A stretch of 56,969 bases of DNA, from the IMG/VR virus record IMGVR_UViG_2740892231_000011, positions 1 through 56,969 of that record; one strand, given 5' to 3'. The DNA is from a virus. Taxonomy: Duplodnaviria; Heunggongvirae; Uroviricota; Caudoviricetes. A program made the position numbers and the translations under genes. How positions within the stretch are numbered: the first letter of the stretch is position 1; every line of letters begins with the position of its first letter. The notes under the pieces were generated by a model. That model saw only the letters and a list, made by a program, of their open reading frames with translations, made no database searches and was not told the DNA's origin. Positions 19,265 through 29,703 of the stretch are shown here, one piece after another.

Positions 19265-19951
19265 TTAGAAGTTCAGATTTTTCAGTGCATTCAGTGCAGA
19301 GCCCACATCCTCAGCGTCGCGCAGGGACAGTGCGCCATAGCCCCCGGCCATGAATGCTTTGGCCTGGGTACGGGAGAGTCCGACATCACGCAGGACTCTT
19401 TCGATTTTTTTCTGTTCGGGGATTTCCCCGCGGGCCAGTGCGTTCTTGACGTCGCTGATCCGCGCCTCGTCGTTAGACGGGAACGTCACCAGGCTGACTT
19501 CCCAGAGGTCGATTTCTTTCAGCAGAAAGGCTTCTTTGCTCCGGTCGTATTCCCAGTCTTTCAGGACGTACCCAATAGAAAGGACGGTTAACGAACCGGC
19601 CTTCATGTGTGCATGTGCGCGTTTTGCGAGGGGATCATCATCAATAAGCAACCGTCCCCTGACGTAAAGCCCGACATCGTCTTCCTTCATTTCGGTGTAA
19701 ACACCGATGGGTTCATCCATGCGGTGCTGCCAGAGCAGCGCAGGTAACGCTTTTCTGTCACTCCACGCCCGCAGGGAAGCAGCAAATGCCCCGGACATCA
19801 CCACATCATCGTGGCTGTCCTTTACACCAAAGACGGAGCCATACCCTTCAAACTCACCGGAGTCACTGACAGATTTCAGACTCAGCGGTACATCAAGACG
19901 TTGTTTCGTCTGCATTGGCGTTATCCTTCTGCTTACCGGCTTTACTGCCAT
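19265..19951 (-). CDS. prohead protease, HK97 family
   Basis: 228 aa between portal and capsid; probable true start at internal Met (MQTKQRL, near 19915). Confidence 0.8.
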   Translation of the reverse strand: MAVKPVSRRITPMQTKQRLDVPLSLKSVSDSGEFEGYGSVFGVKDSHDDVVMSGAFAASLRAWSDRKALPALLWQHRMDEPIGVYTEMKEDDVGLYVRGRLLIDDDPLAKRAHAHMKAGSLTVLSIGYVLKDWEYDRSKEAFLLKEIDLWEVSLVTFPSNDEARISDVKNALARGEIPEQKKIERVLRDVGLSRTQAKAFMAGGYGALSLRDAEDVGSALNALKNLNF

Positions 19952-21134
19952 CGGAGGGTTTCGTGGTCATGTTCATCGGTGTGAGATAGACATCCCCACC
20001 GGGACGTGGATTCATATCTTCCAGGTCGCGGCAGTCATTGGGAGAGTAAATTCCCCAGTTGATCCCGGTGGCGTAGGCTTCAAAACGGGACTTCATATCC
20101 CCGCGCAGTAACGCCCCGGCGTTAAATTTGGCGTAATAAACGCCCTGCTTACTTTTTCGTACCAGTCCGGTGTTGATCCGCTGTTCGATGCGGGTCAGAT
20201 ACGGCACCAGTGAATAGTTGATAAATCCCAGCCCCAGCTCTTCGATATTGTTGAAGGTGGCGCGATCGGTGTTCTGCACCATGTGCAACGGCACCCGGAA
20301 CAGACGACAGATTTCTTCAAGCTGAAACTTGCGGGTTTCCAGGAACTGGCTGTCCTCGGCGTTCAGCGCCATCGACTTCCAGTCCAGCCCCATCTCAAGG
20401 ATCATCGGGCGGTGAGCATTGCCAAGCCCGGTGTGACGCTCCTCAAAATCTTTCTTCAGGCGCTCATAAGCCTGATCTGACAGCGTCTGCTCTGTACGCA
20501 ACACACCCGACGTCACCGCACCATTGCTGAACAGTCTGGCCCCGTGCTCTTCGGTCGCTGCCGCCAGAGATATTGCCTCGCGGGCATAGGCGATGGGATT
20601 CAGCCCCACCAGTCCGTCCAGCGTCAGCGTGCGCACATGCCAGATATCCTCCTGGCTCAGTACATCCGTGGAGCCATCCGGGAATGTGACCTGATAGACC
20701 GGCTCCCAGCTACTGTTAAGCTTCGGTACCACACAGCCGGGATCGACGGGCAGCAGTTCAGCCACTTCGCCAAATGCTTTCACTTTGTAGGCGTAAAAGT
20801 TTCCCCGCAGGCACAGACAGGTGACCACCAGCTCCCAGAACTCCTGCGGCGTCATATAGCCATTGGGATGCGTGGAGATCAGCTTATGCAGACGTTCGCC
20901 AGTGGCTCTCTGCTTCAGGCTGCCGTTCAGGTGATACAGGTTGCAGGGCAACATCCCGACCGACTCCGCCAGCACCCTGACACAGGAAAAAACCGCCGTC
21001 AGTCGCATGGCCCGCTGGCTGCTGATCTGCTTTCCGGTATAGGTGTCGTAGGACAACCCGATAGCATCCGCCAGCTCTGCTGGCGTGGTCACCGGTGCGT
21101 CACTTTTTCGTTGAAATAATCCCGAAAAGAACAC
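19893..21134 (-). CDS. portal protein, HK97 family
   Basis: 413 aa following the large terminase. Confidence 0.85.
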   Translation of the reverse strand: MFFSGLFQRKSDAPVTTPAELADAIGLSYDTYTGKQISSQRAMRLTAVFSCVRVLAESVGMLPCNLYHLNGSLKQRATGERLHKLISTHPNGYMTPQEFWELVVTCLCLRGNFYAYKVKAFGEVAELLPVDPGCVVPKLNSSWEPVYQVTFPDGSTDVLSQEDIWHVRTLTLDGLVGLNPIAYAREAISLAAATEEHGARLFSNGAVTSGVLRTEQTLSDQAYERLKKDFEERHTGLGNAHRPMILEMGLDWKSMALNAEDSQFLETRKFQLEEICRLFRVPLHMVQNTDRATFNNIEELGLGFINYSLVPYLTRIEQRINTGLVRKSKQGVYYAKFNAGALLRGDMKSRFEAYATGINWGIYSPNDCRDLEDMNPRPGGDVYLTPMNMTTKPSDGSKAGKQKDNANADETTS

Positions 21135-21316
21135 TATTTACCTCCGCCGACAGACGGCTGTGTACGGTCGAGATATCGCGCCACCAGCCACGACCAGAAC
21201 AGGCACAGCCCCCCGGCAACAACAAAACCCGCCGGGGGATAAATCAGCCAGGCTCCATACGCCAGCAAAAGCGCACCCAGCACGCCCACCAGTGGCGCGA
21301 GAATTATCAGAAACAT
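21134..21316 (-). CDS. small putative membrane protein
   Basis: 60 aa, two hydrophobic stretches, between large terminase and portal; may be spurious. Confidence 0.3.
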   Translation of the reverse strand: MFLIILAPLVGVLGALLLAYGAWLIYPPAGFVVAGGLCLFWSWLVARYLDRTQPSVGGGK

Positions 21317-21327
21317 AATGACCTCGG

Positions 21328-23061
21328 TTAAAGCGAGCGGATCCCATAGGACTCAATGTGGTCAGACAGCGTGTCTTCTTTCTCGTACAGCATGGCTCTG
21401 CCAACCGCCATAATCAGCGCAACTGCACCATCGATTTTGTTTTCCGCCTGCTCTTTGACGGGCTTCACCACATCATCGTTACCCGGAATGGTTTTGCCGA
21501 CCACGTTGCCGATACACCAGGTCATGATGGGATTGCCATCATGATGAAAGCGCCCCGATTCAATTGCCGCTTCCAGCTCTTTCATCGGGTCGGACATGTT
21601 GGTGTAGTTCTGAATGATAGTGACGGGATTCAGGTCTTCATCAGCAAGGTCATGTGACAACCCGGTCGCCCCGAAGGGGTCGATGGGTGACTCACTGACC
21701 GGGCTGATTTTGTTCGCCGCTTTGGCCTCCTCGAGGATGTAGCGATAATCCACCTCCGCACCATCGGTAACGGTCAGAACGCCCATTTCCACCCATTTCT
21801 GAAAGCGTTCGGCTGTCCGTCGATCTTCATTTTTCTCGACGCTGTACACCGTGTCATACGGTACCCAGAAACGCGGGGCCACACTGTAGTAATGCGTTTT
21901 ACCGTCAATCTCGCGGGTATAAAGTCGCGCCATGCTGTTCATATCCAGCTTATGCGCCAGGTCAAAGGCCAGAATGCACGGCTGCCCCTCGAACTGCTCA
22001 AGGGTCAGTGATTTATCCTCGCAGCTCTGCCAGCTCACCAGGTTGAAATACGCCGAACGCGCCGACACCCAGATATTGAGGTGTTTTGTTTTAAAGACGT
22101 TTGCCAGACGGGCGTTATTTTTCGCACGCTGCTGCTGACTTAACAAAAATTCGCGATAAACCGACACGCCAATATTTGGATTGGCTTTTTCCAGCACCTG
22201 CGGGTCGGTCCAGTCGTCACCTTCATCAACGGTATAGATGATCCCGAACAGTTCATCATTAGGCACCGAGCCGTTGAGCATCTCGATGACTTCCCGCCGT
22301 TTGTCGTAGCACGGCCCCTCAATGTTGTACCCGGCGGTAGTGATAGCCCACATCAGTGGCTGACGTCGCGCCCCCATCCCGGTAAGCATCGTGGTGTAAA
22401 GCGCATCGGTGGCGTGCTCGTGATATTCATCCACCACCGCACAGTGGGGTGATGAACCATCACCGGGGTTACCGATCAGCGGTTCAAAACGCGCACCATC
22501 CTCCGGACGGTTCATGTTTGAGGCGTTAACCTCAATCCCGAACGCTTCCGTCAGCATGGGTGTGCGTTTACACATCAGTCTTGCCGGACGAAAGACTTCC
22601 CATGCCTGTTTCTCCGTCGTGGCACCGGAATACACTTCCGCGCCGAACTCGTTATCACAGGCAAAACAATACAGGGCGACACCGGCAGAGATTGCCGATT
22701 TGCCGTTCTTACGGGGGATTTCGGTATACACCTCCCGGAAGCGGCGCAGCCGGGAGCCTTTATTGACCCAGCCAAACGCGCAGCAGATCACAAAGAGCTG
22801 CCACGGCTCCAGCGTGATGGGCATCCTCTTAAATGCCCACTCACCCTTGGTGTGCGGCAACAGCTGAATAAATTTGGCGGCCCGTTCAGCCAGGTCCTTG
22901 TCGAAGCGGTAACGAAACGACTTACTTTTTTCCGCCATCAGGTCATCAAGATGGCGCTGGCAGGCCTGAATCACAAACTGGCAGGCCACAATCTTTCCGC
23001 GCACGACATCCCGGGCATACTGATTGGCAGCATTTACGTTGGGGTAAGATTTCCGGCTCAT
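21328..23061 (-). CDS. terminase large subunit
   Basis: 577 aa with ATPase and nuclease regions (EIPRKNGKS Walker A-like; VVDEYH). Confidence 0.9.
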   Translation of the reverse strand: MSRKSYPNVNAANQYARDVVRGKIVACQFVIQACQRHLDDLMAEKSKSFRYRFDKDLAERAAKFIQLLPHTKGEWAFKRMPITLEPWQLFVICCAFGWVNKGSRLRRFREVYTEIPRKNGKSAISAGVALYCFACDNEFGAEVYSGATTEKQAWEVFRPARLMCKRTPMLTEAFGIEVNASNMNRPEDGARFEPLIGNPGDGSSPHCAVVDEYHEHATDALYTTMLTGMGARRQPLMWAITTAGYNIEGPCYDKRREVIEMLNGSVPNDELFGIIYTVDEGDDWTDPQVLEKANPNIGVSVYREFLLSQQQRAKNNARLANVFKTKHLNIWVSARSAYFNLVSWQSCEDKSLTLEQFEGQPCILAFDLAHKLDMNSMARLYTREIDGKTHYYSVAPRFWVPYDTVYSVEKNEDRRTAERFQKWVEMGVLTVTDGAEVDYRYILEEAKAANKISPVSESPIDPFGATGLSHDLADEDLNPVTIIQNYTNMSDPMKELEAAIESGRFHHDGNPIMTWCIGNVVGKTIPGNDDVVKPVKEQAENKIDGAVALIMAVGRAMLYEKEDTLSDHIESYGIRSL

Positions 23062-23561
23062 GATTCGATAATTTTCAGAAACGGGTTAGTGGCTTTCTTC
23101 TGCCCCGCCAGGCCAATCAGACGCTGGCGGCTGCTGGGGTCGAGTCCGAGCATTGCCCCCGTACTGCTCATCTCGGACTCCTGTTCTTTTTTGGCGGTCA
23201 GCTCCGGATTTTTGACCATGCCGCCCATTGCACCGGTGATGGTGTTGCCCTGTCTGGCAATATTTTTCACGGCACGTCGCCAGAACTCATAGGCCACGCA
23301 CCACCGCTCAAGTACCGCCAGGTCAGTCACGCACAGCAGGCCCTGACCGCAGAGTTCTTTGGTTGTCAGTTGCCACATGATCGTAGCGAGAGGGAGATCT
23401 TCTTCAGCGAACCACTCCGGTGGCTCAACACCTTTGATGGGCGTAAAAACAGGTTCATCTTTATTCAGGGCTCGCTTGCCGGGGTTTCCGGCCAGCGCCT
23501 TGCGCGCCGTTGGCTTGGGGCGACGCCCGGAACGCCCCGCCGTTCCAGCCATATGCGGCAC
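23058..23561 (-). CDS. terminase small subunit (P27-like)
   Basis: 167 aa, basic N-terminus, coupled to the large terminase. Confidence 0.7.
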   Translation of the reverse strand: MPHMAGTAGRSGRRPKPTARKALAGNPGKRALNKDEPVFTPIKGVEPPEWFAEEDLPLATIMWQLTTKELCGQGLLCVTDLAVLERWCVAYEFWRRAVKNIARQGNTITGAMGGMVKNPELTAKKEQESEMSSTGAMLGLDPSSRQRLIGLAGQKKATNPFLKIIES

Positions 23562-23677
23562 TCCTGGTTAAATTTCATTTTTCGCGGGTATAAAAAAACG
23601 ATGGGGCGGGCAGTCCGGAAGACGTCAGGCTGCAGGGATTTGACCCGCCCCTCCCCTCAGACAGTTGAGAATTATTA

Positions 23678-24028
23678 TCACTTTAACCGTTCACGGGCCG
23701 TCTTCGCCTTATGACACGGCCAGCACAGACTCTGCAGATTACTGTCAGCATCAGTGCCGCCATGCGCTTTAGGGATGATGTGGTCAACAGTTTTCGCCTC
23801 ACGCACCACACCAGCACGCAGACATAACTGACACAGGCCTTTGTCACGCTTCAGAACACGCACGCGGATAACATCCCACTTCGAACCATAACCGCGCTGA
23901 TGACGGGATTGTCCAGGTTTGTATTGCTTCCAGCCTTCGCTTTTGTGGCTTTCGCAGTAGCCTGACGGGTCCGTGGTTGTAGAGCGGCAGCCGCGAACAC
24001 GGCAGGCTTTTGGGATTCTAGGGGGCAT
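23678..24028 (-). CDS. HNH endonuclease
   Basis: Cys-rich with DHIIPKAHGGTD...N...LCWPCH HNH motif; classic position upstream of terminase. Confidence 0.8.
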   Translation of the reverse strand: MPPRIPKACRVRGCRSTTTDPSGYCESHKSEGWKQYKPGQSRHQRGYGSKWDVIRVRVLKRDKGLCQLCLRAGVVREAKTVDHIIPKAHGGTDADSNLQSLCWPCHKAKTARERLK

Positions 24029-24078
24029 ATAAAAAATTTATAATAAGTAAAATAATAAAGAAAAATGCTCAAAGGCAA

Positions 24079-24633
24079 TTATCTTGACTCAAATACAAAT
24101 CTAGAAGAGATGAGCTTATCAAGCATTTTCATAAGTAAATCCTTACTCTCACCACCATTTATATATTTATTAAAGTTAGACTCGAACTCATGCCAAACTT
24201 TTTCTAACTCAGTATTATCAAATAAGTGCTCTGTCGCAAACCATGAAGACTGGCAACAATCGAAAATACTCAAAAGTTCATCAAATCTTTTAACATTCTC
24301 TTCTCCCAACTCAATTTGCTGACTAATAAGATCTACATCTTTAAATAGCCATTTCGCAATAACTTGCTCTCGTTCATCATTGAGTTGCTCGGGGTCAATA
24401 TTGACAGGCATAAATAATAGAGCTGTCTTTAATTTCTTTAATGCATTCCTAAAATCTATTTTTACTTTTGTTTTCTCTTGTTCCCGCCACGTAAACAATG
24501 CCTTGAACGCCAAAAACAAAGTAACAATAGTAGCTCCAGCACTCACCCAAGATGCAATCATTGCCCAACAAGCCCACTCAGCAGCAGCACGGTTTGCTAC
24601 AAGTGTCTCATATGCAATATAATTTTCGTTCAT
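24079..24633 (-). CDS. hypothetical membrane-anchored protein (AT-rich moron)
   Basis: 184 aa; N-terminal hydrophobic segment WACWAMIASWVSAGATIVTLFLAF; strongly AT-rich insert between the lysis and packaging modules. Confidence 0.55.
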   Translation of the reverse strand: MNENYIAYETLVANRAAAEWACWAMIASWVSAGATIVTLFLAFKALFTWREQEKTKVKIDFRNALKKLKTALLFMPVNIDPEQLNDEREQVIAKWLFKDVDLISQQIELGEENVKRFDELLSIFDCCQSSWFATEHLFDNTELEKVWHEFESNFNKYINGGESKDLLMKMLDKLISSRFVFESR

Positions 24634-24710
24634 TTTTACCTCACTGTTAATAGTGAGAGTATTGTAACTAAAAGCATAATAACTAGAACAGTCAAATAAT
24701 AATATTTCAC

Positions 24711-24989
24711 CTAATGAATATTATTATTCAAATGCAGATTGAACTTTTGCTCTCCTAACCTACGAAGATCAGACTTATCACGGTTACATAGCCCCAGTGC
24801 TGATAGCAGACTTACATTCAAACTAAGACTATCCCCATAAGTCAGAGGATTGGGTATAACTGGCTGTGGAGTTTCAGCGAGCAGGTTCGTCGGTAACGGC
24901 ATCGTTGGAACCTGCACGTATACTGTCCGCGTACTTCCGCAACCGGTCAGCAGCGACATCAGGCACAGGGCGTGAAGCACAATCATCAT
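24711..24989 (-). CDS. o-spanin Rz1-like lipoprotein (overlapping Rz)
   Basis: Alternative-frame ORF beginning inside Rz with lipobox LLTGC followed by Pro-rich sequence. Start position is hand-derived. Confidence 0.5.
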   Translation of the reverse strand: MMIVLHALCLMSLLTGCGSTRTVYVQVPTMPLPTNLLAETPQPVIPNPLTYGDSLSLNVSLLSALGLCNRDKSDLRRLGEQKFNLHLNNNIH

Positions 24990-25266
24990 CCGCAACAGCC
25001 ACTTTGATATCTTCCTGGGCTCTCTGTGACTCCAGTGCGATCTGCTGTTTTGCATGCTGGTTAGCCTCCAGAACTGTATTGACGATTTGTAGTGATTGCA
25101 GGACGTTATTGGTAATGGCAGTTGCTGATTCAGCATTTCGTACAGCCTCATCAGCACGTTTCTTTTCGTACTGATATTTGCTGTAGTAGTGGTTGGCCGA
25201 CCAGATGAAAGAACCAATGACAGTAACGAAGAAACCAGCGATAACCAGCTTATAGCTCAGCTTCAT
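24874..25266 (-). CDS. i-spanin Rz-like
   Basis: 130 aa; N-terminal TM then coiled-coil; follows the endolysin. Confidence 0.7.
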   Translation of the reverse strand: MKLSYKLVIAGFFVTVIGSFIWSANHYYSKYQYEKKRADEAVRNAESATAITNNVLQSLQIVNTVLEANQHAKQQIALESQRAQEDIKVAVADDDCASRPVPDVAADRLRKYADSIRAGSNDAVTDEPAR

Positions 25267-25726
25267 TTACCACCCCACCAGCCTCTTTAAACCGGGCAAT
25301 CAAATCACCGATTTTATGTTCATACTGACCGTAACCTGCACCGGGTAACGACGCCCAGATATTGCTGCAACGGTCGATTGCCTGACGAATATCACCGCGA
25401 TCAATCATCGGTAAAGCGCCACGCTCTTTAATCTGTTGCAGTGCCACAGCATCCTGGCTTTTGGGGGAGAAGTCTTTCAGAGCAAGCTGCTTGCGGTAGG
25501 CATCCCACCAGCGTGAAAGAAGCTGATAACGTCCGGCGGCTGTTGATTTGAGTTTGGGGTTTAGCGTGACAAGTTTGCGAGGGTGATCAGAATAATCAGT
25601 AAACAGTTCTCCGCCAACAATAACATCATAACCGTGATTACGTGTCGGTTGTCGCCCGTTATCCGTTCCTTCTGACCATGCCACCATATCGAGGAAAGCT
25701 TTACGCTGGGAATTTAGTACCTGCAT
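25250..25726 (-). CDS. R: endolysin, lambda R-like lytic transglycosylase
   Basis: Near-identical to lambda R as I recall it (NQRKAFLDMVAWSEGTDNGRQ...HGYDVIVGGELFTDYSDHP). Confidence 0.9.
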   Translation of the reverse strand: MQVLNSQRKAFLDMVAWSEGTDNGRQPTRNHGYDVIVGGELFTDYSDHPRKLVTLNPKLKSTAAGRYQLLSRWWDAYRKQLALKDFSPKSQDAVALQQIKERGALPMIDRGDIRQAIDRCSNIWASLPGAGYGQYEHKIGDLIARFKEAGGVVNEAEL

Positions 25727-25729
25727 AAA

Positions 25730-26080
25730 TTACTCCTTAGAGCCACCAAACTTATTACCGATTACTCTCATTGCAGCCCCACGAATAGCATCGACACCGA
25801 TCAACCCAACGCCACCACCAATGGCAACAGAAAGCGATTTAGGCCATCCGACATACTCAAGAGCGGATGCAAAAGTCAGCGTCAGAGCGCCGCAGAGCAA
25901 AATCTCGAGCGTTTTTCGCTTCCAGCCACCACCACCGCCAAAATAGGCAATGCGCAAGCCAGCCATAACGATCGACATAATTACTGCGCCCAGCGGTGTG
26001 TCTCCACGCCACCAGCTCTGTAACAATTCAAGTAAGTCAGACCAGGAATGAGGATCGTTATGCATTTTCATAATTCCCAC
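25730..26080 (-). CDS. holin
   Basis: 116 aa with hydrophobic helices and dual-start-like MGIMKM; directly upstream of the endolysin. Confidence 0.7.
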   Translation of the reverse strand: MGIMKMHNDPHSWSDLLELLQSWWRGDTPLGAVIMSIVMAGLRIAYFGGGGGWKRKTLEILLCGALTLTFASALEYVGWPKSLSVAIGGGVGLIGVDAIRGAAMRVIGNKFGGSKE

Positions 26081-26202
26081 CTCCGGTTATCGGAAGTGCA
26101 ACGAGTGAAGGGAAAGAAGCTGGTTATAGCGCTGAGTCGCAAAAGTTGCGTAGTGCACAAAAAAGGCCGCCCACAGGCAGCCTCTTTTTATAATTCATTG
26201 AG

Positions 26203-26445
26203 TTAACAACATTTAAATGCTGGTGGTATAGAAGGTTTTTCACCAGAACGACAAGCCGGACACCATGACTGAACGATATGCCTTCCGTCTCCCATATCCC
26301 TATAACCAAAGTCTATTGTTTTATAAAAAACGTGCACTCCGGCATCAGCAGAACATTTTGGGCAAGATTTATATTCAACGCCATCTTGTTCAACTTCTCG
26401 TGAATAACTTAATGACTGCTCACAAACAGAACAACGCTCCACCAT
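26203..26445 (-). CDS. small Cys-rich (zinc-ribbon-like) protein at the Q-holin junction
   Basis: 80 aa with CxxC...CPKC...CPAC...CC; sits between a terminator downstream of Q and the holin. Confidence 0.4.
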   Translation of the reverse strand: MVERCSVCEQSLSYSREVEQDGVEYKSCPKCSADAGVHVFYKTIDFGYRDMGDGRHIVQSWCPACRSGEKPSIPPAFKCC

Positions 26446-26600
26446 ATATGCTCTCCTGTTTTTGATAGAGATTTATGGGTAGCAATTCCATTCAAAAGAA
26501 ACATTGAAGGGTGTCACTTTTTCAAAATGAGCGTAGCTGGCTGCCAGTTTTTTGTACAACACACTTTAAGGAAGGAGAGCCTTAAAAACACAATTGACAT

Positions 26601-26626
26601 CAATAAAAAACCGCTCGGTGGCGGTT
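26601..26626 (-). terminator. rho-independent terminator downstream of Q (tR'-like)
   Basis: On the minus strand AACCGCCACCGAGCGGTT hairpin followed by TTTTTT, about 110-130 nt downstream of the Q stop. Confidence 0.5.
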
Positions 26627-26733
26627 TCTTGAAGATTATCAACGGTAGACACACAAAGCCCATCGTTAGGAGAATCCTAACCAGATTTTTTGAAAAATGC
26701 AAGAATCATGTCGCTATCTTCGGCGAAAATTAC

Positions 26734-27486
26734 TTATCTCGTCACCTTTCTCAATTGTGCTTCAGCGTAAGATTCCTCCTGCCAGCACTTTGTAACCAGT
26801 TTATCAATGACATTTGCATATCCTTTGTACCACTGATAATCAGTCAGGTCCGGTACCAGCTTCTGGACATGATTCCGCGCCAGTGTGGTTGGTAAACGGC
26901 TAAATCGGTTTCCATTGCAACGCCCACAAATCTTATAAACAGGCGTGCCATGAAGCCGGGTTCTTTTTTCATCCAGGACAATACCTTTACCCTTACACCC
27001 TCTGCACGCTGTGCTGACTTCTCCCTTACCATGACAATGCTGACATAGTTCCTTCACCCACTCTTCCTTGATAACAGACTCCCCGCTTCTGGAGTGTTTC
27101 ACCACTTCGCGCAATACATTATGAAATCCAGTACCAGAACAACGCTCACAGCGAGCCTTACTTGCCGCAGACCTGGAATAATCAGCAAAGGCAAAATTCA
27201 CAAGGTAAGGAATGATCTGTAGCCGGGTTTCTTCACTCAATTTGTTCAATGTCGGGTTATCCAGTGCCATCGCGTAATTGAGCAGACCTTCAATCGCAAA
27301 CTGAGGATCCTGAACACCAACTTTTGCCAGGAATAAGGCAAACCCAAGCGGTGCTTTCGACTGCACCATCCCCTGCGCAGCCATCACATCTGTAATTGTT
27401 AAACCACCCGAGCCTGTCGCCGGTGCGTCATCACTCAATTTTGGAGATTTTGGGGAGTAATATTTTGGTAAAGCTTCAAGGTTCAT
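26734..27486 (-). CDS. late-gene antiterminator Q
   Basis: 250 aa with Cys-rich zinc-binding region (CERCSGTG...CQHCHGKG...CRGCKGKG...CGRCNGN); located just upstream of the lysis cassette. Confidence 0.7.
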   Translation of the reverse strand: MNLEALPKYYSPKSPKLSDDAPATGSGGLTITDVMAAQGMVQSKAPLGFALFLAKVGVQDPQFAIEGLLNYAMALDNPTLNKLSEETRLQIIPYLVNFAFADYSRSAASKARCERCSGTGFHNVLREVVKHSRSGESVIKEEWVKELCQHCHGKGEVSTACRGCKGKGIVLDEKRTRLHGTPVYKICGRCNGNRFSRLPTTLARNHVQKLVPDLTDYQWYKGYANVIDKLVTKCWQEESYAEAQLRKVTR

Positions 27487-27499
27487 GCTCGTTCTCCAC

Positions 27500-28495
27500 T
27501 TACGCCAGTACGCCTATTGCCAGCGCACGATCGATAAAACGAAATATCAGCTCCAGCTGGGAGCCATACTTCTCTTCAAATGCCACGGTATCCGCATGCA
27601 GCTCGTCGTGATGCTTTCTGCACAAAGGCAACACAAAGAGGTCATGCGCTTTTGTAGCCATTCCACCCTGACCGTGACCTATCAGGTGGTGGGGATCATC
27701 AGCAGGTTTTCCACAACATGCGCACGGCTGCGTCTTAACCCATCGCGTGTACTTTTCATTAACCCAGCGGCGACGTTTGGGGCGTAACATAAAAGACTCC
27801 GGTGACTCCGGATCCACTTTCAGCGCCAGCACCTTTTTCGCCTTATCCTGGATGATGCTGGTGGCAGGAACCGAAGGCACAAGGTCACTTTCCCGGGTAA
27901 CAGACGGCACAACAGGCTTCGGTAATCTCAGTGCCTTACGGGCTGCACTTTCCGGTAAGGCATCCGCCAGATCATTACGAATCAGCCACCAGCACAGTTC
28001 CGGCATTGTCACAACATGACTGTCATCAAAACCGAGATCCCGACGCACAACAGACAACACCCAGCGGGCACAGTTATCCGTTGCCATTGATTCCAGCCGT
28101 TCCGTGAACTGATCGCGCAGCTGGTTATCGCAGTGCCAGCACAAACGGATTGCGCCCGGAGCGTGTCGCATTGTGGTCATGTTCTCGCTGTGCCAGTCGG
28201 AATGAGGCCACTGGCCGCCTTTTTCACGAAGTAACCAGCTTTCAAGACATTCCACGCCACCAGCACGACGGATCACAGCCTCATTGCGGAACACGGCCCG
28301 AACGGCAGGATCATCCGCCAGCGGTTGTGATGCCGCCGGAACGGCACCACTGGCGAAAGATGAATAACGTTCCGGCTCAGGCTCCAGCAGGACACGCCCC
28401 TGCATAAACAGGGGCATCAGCTCTGAACCTGGTCTGAACAATACGATCCCCATACGCGGGGCAATTTCAGGGGTCAGTAGTGCTCTCACGGTCAC
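27500..28495 (-). CDS. lambdoid prophage DUF968-like protein
   Basis: 331 aa; C-terminal CACCGKPADDPHHLIGHGQGG...HHDELH HNH-like motif. Confidence 0.55.
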   Translation of the reverse strand: MTVRALLTPEIAPRMGIVLFRPGSELMPLFMQGRVLLEPEPERYSSFASGAVPAASQPLADDPAVRAVFRNEAVIRRAGGVECLESWLLREKGGQWPHSDWHSENMTTMRHAPGAIRLCWHCDNQLRDQFTERLESMATDNCARWVLSVVRRDLGFDDSHVVTMPELCWWLIRNDLADALPESAARKALRLPKPVVPSVTRESDLVPSVPATSIIQDKAKKVLALKVDPESPESFMLRPKRRRWVNEKYTRWVKTQPCACCGKPADDPHHLIGHGQGGMATKAHDLFVLPLCRKHHDELHADTVAFEEKYGSQLELIFRFIDRALAIGVLA

Positions 28496-28496
28496 C

Positions 28497-29294
28497 TCAA
28501 TGAACGGTATCGAGCAGCTTTAACAGCTCAGGGAATCGGGACTCGAAGAAATGCGGCTGCGTCTCGCGCGGATTTGCGGGACTGGTGATGTTCTTGCCGA
28601 ACATGCAGCCTTTCGCTGTCAGCGACCAGAATTTTTTGATGTTGTTAATCGCGGTACGGCTGTATCGTTCGCGCTGCTCGACGATCCCCAGCTTCACCAT
28701 CTGGTGATATGCCTGATTAGCCGTCAGGCGGATACCATACTGTTTCAGCAGTGCACTCAGTGACAGCGTAGGGCGACTTGAGCCATCGTGTGCATCAGCA
28801 GGAGCATCAATGGCATAGCGCGGTGCCAGATTCGGTAAGCCAACAGCCTCCTGAAGTTTCTGACAGGCTCCAAGCACTGAAGAGTTAGACAGATTTAACT
28901 CCCGGCGCATAAAGTCCAGCAGAATCACGCCAGCCTGCATCTTGTCAGCAGCCTGTCCGGATAATTTTTCAGGTGCGCTGGTTACCATGTCGAAAGTACG
29001 GATCACCTTCAGATGGAATGACGGGCTGATCCACATTGCATAGGCATACACCAGTTCTTTGCAGACATACGTCCCCTGGTTATTTCCACCACGAATAACG
29101 TTAACTGGCTCTATATTGACCGAGTTGCAAATCTGCAACTCGCTTATTAAACGTTCAGTTTGCTCATTGCGGAGCCAGAATGCAGGCTTATGCTTATCCA
29201 GAGAACCGGCAGCCCTGTGCAGATCGTTCAGGCTGTAACGCCCATAAGCATCACGACGAACTTCAATACCATCAATGACCATCAGATTATTCAT
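28497..29294 (-). CDS. KilA-N domain protein (antirepressor-like)
   Basis: N-terminal MVIDGIEVRRDAYGRYSLNDLHRAAG resembles the KilA-N domain. Confidence 0.6.
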   Translation of the reverse strand: MNNLMVIDGIEVRRDAYGRYSLNDLHRAAGSLDKHKPAFWLRNEQTERLISELQICNSVNIEPVNVIRGGNNQGTYVCKELVYAYAMWISPSFHLKVIRTFDMVTSAPEKLSGQAADKMQAGVILLDFMRRELNLSNSSVLGACQKLQEAVGLPNLAPRYAIDAPADAHDGSSRPTLSLSALLKQYGIRLTANQAYHQMVKLGIVEQRERYSRTAINNIKKFWSLTAKGCMFGKNITSPANPRETQPHFFESRFPELLKLLDTVH

Positions 29295-29313
29295 ACTTCG
29301 TTTCTCCTCTTAA

Positions 29314-29703
29314 TCAGGCGGCTGCACCCGCCGGTTTCTCGTACTTACTGATAGTGATCTCGACCTTCCCTTCCGGGATAACCGGTCCCCACTCCACCAG
29401 CATTCTTTTCACCTGACTGTCGTCTTCCCACACACCCGCGTGGGTCAGGGCGTCAAACAGCGCCTTGTTATAGTTGTCCAGATCGCGGATCCGGTTATCC
29501 GGAGGAAACAACACGATCTCCACTGAAGCAGGTGCCGACGTTGGTTTTGGCAGACGACGTAACTGCTCAACTATTGCTGCGCACGCCGCGCTCTGGAATT
29601 TTCGCCCCGCCGCGCTTATCAGGCTCTTACCAGCAAACGCCCCTTTGTTGGGGTGTCGCCAGTACGTGTTCACGCTGGGCGGAAAAGGCAGGATCAGCTT
29701 CAT
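29314..29703 (-). CDS. rusA: Holliday junction resolvase RusA-like
   Basis: 129 aa; LPFPPSVNTYWRH ... DLDNYNKALFDALTHAGVWEDDSQV matches RusA catalytic motifs. Confidence 0.8.
   Translation of the reverse strand: MKLILPFPPSVNTYWRHPNKGAFAGKSLISAAGRKFQSAACAAIVEQLRRLPKPTSAPASVEIVLFPPDNRIRDLDNYNKALFDALTHAGVWEDDSQVKRMLVEWGPVIPEGKVEITISKYEKPAGAAA

Noticed and set aside
26203-26445. Shiga-toxin-like cargo at the Q-holin junction
   Set aside because: The only ORF there is an 80-aa Cys-rich protein; nothing resembles StxA/StxB in size or sequence.
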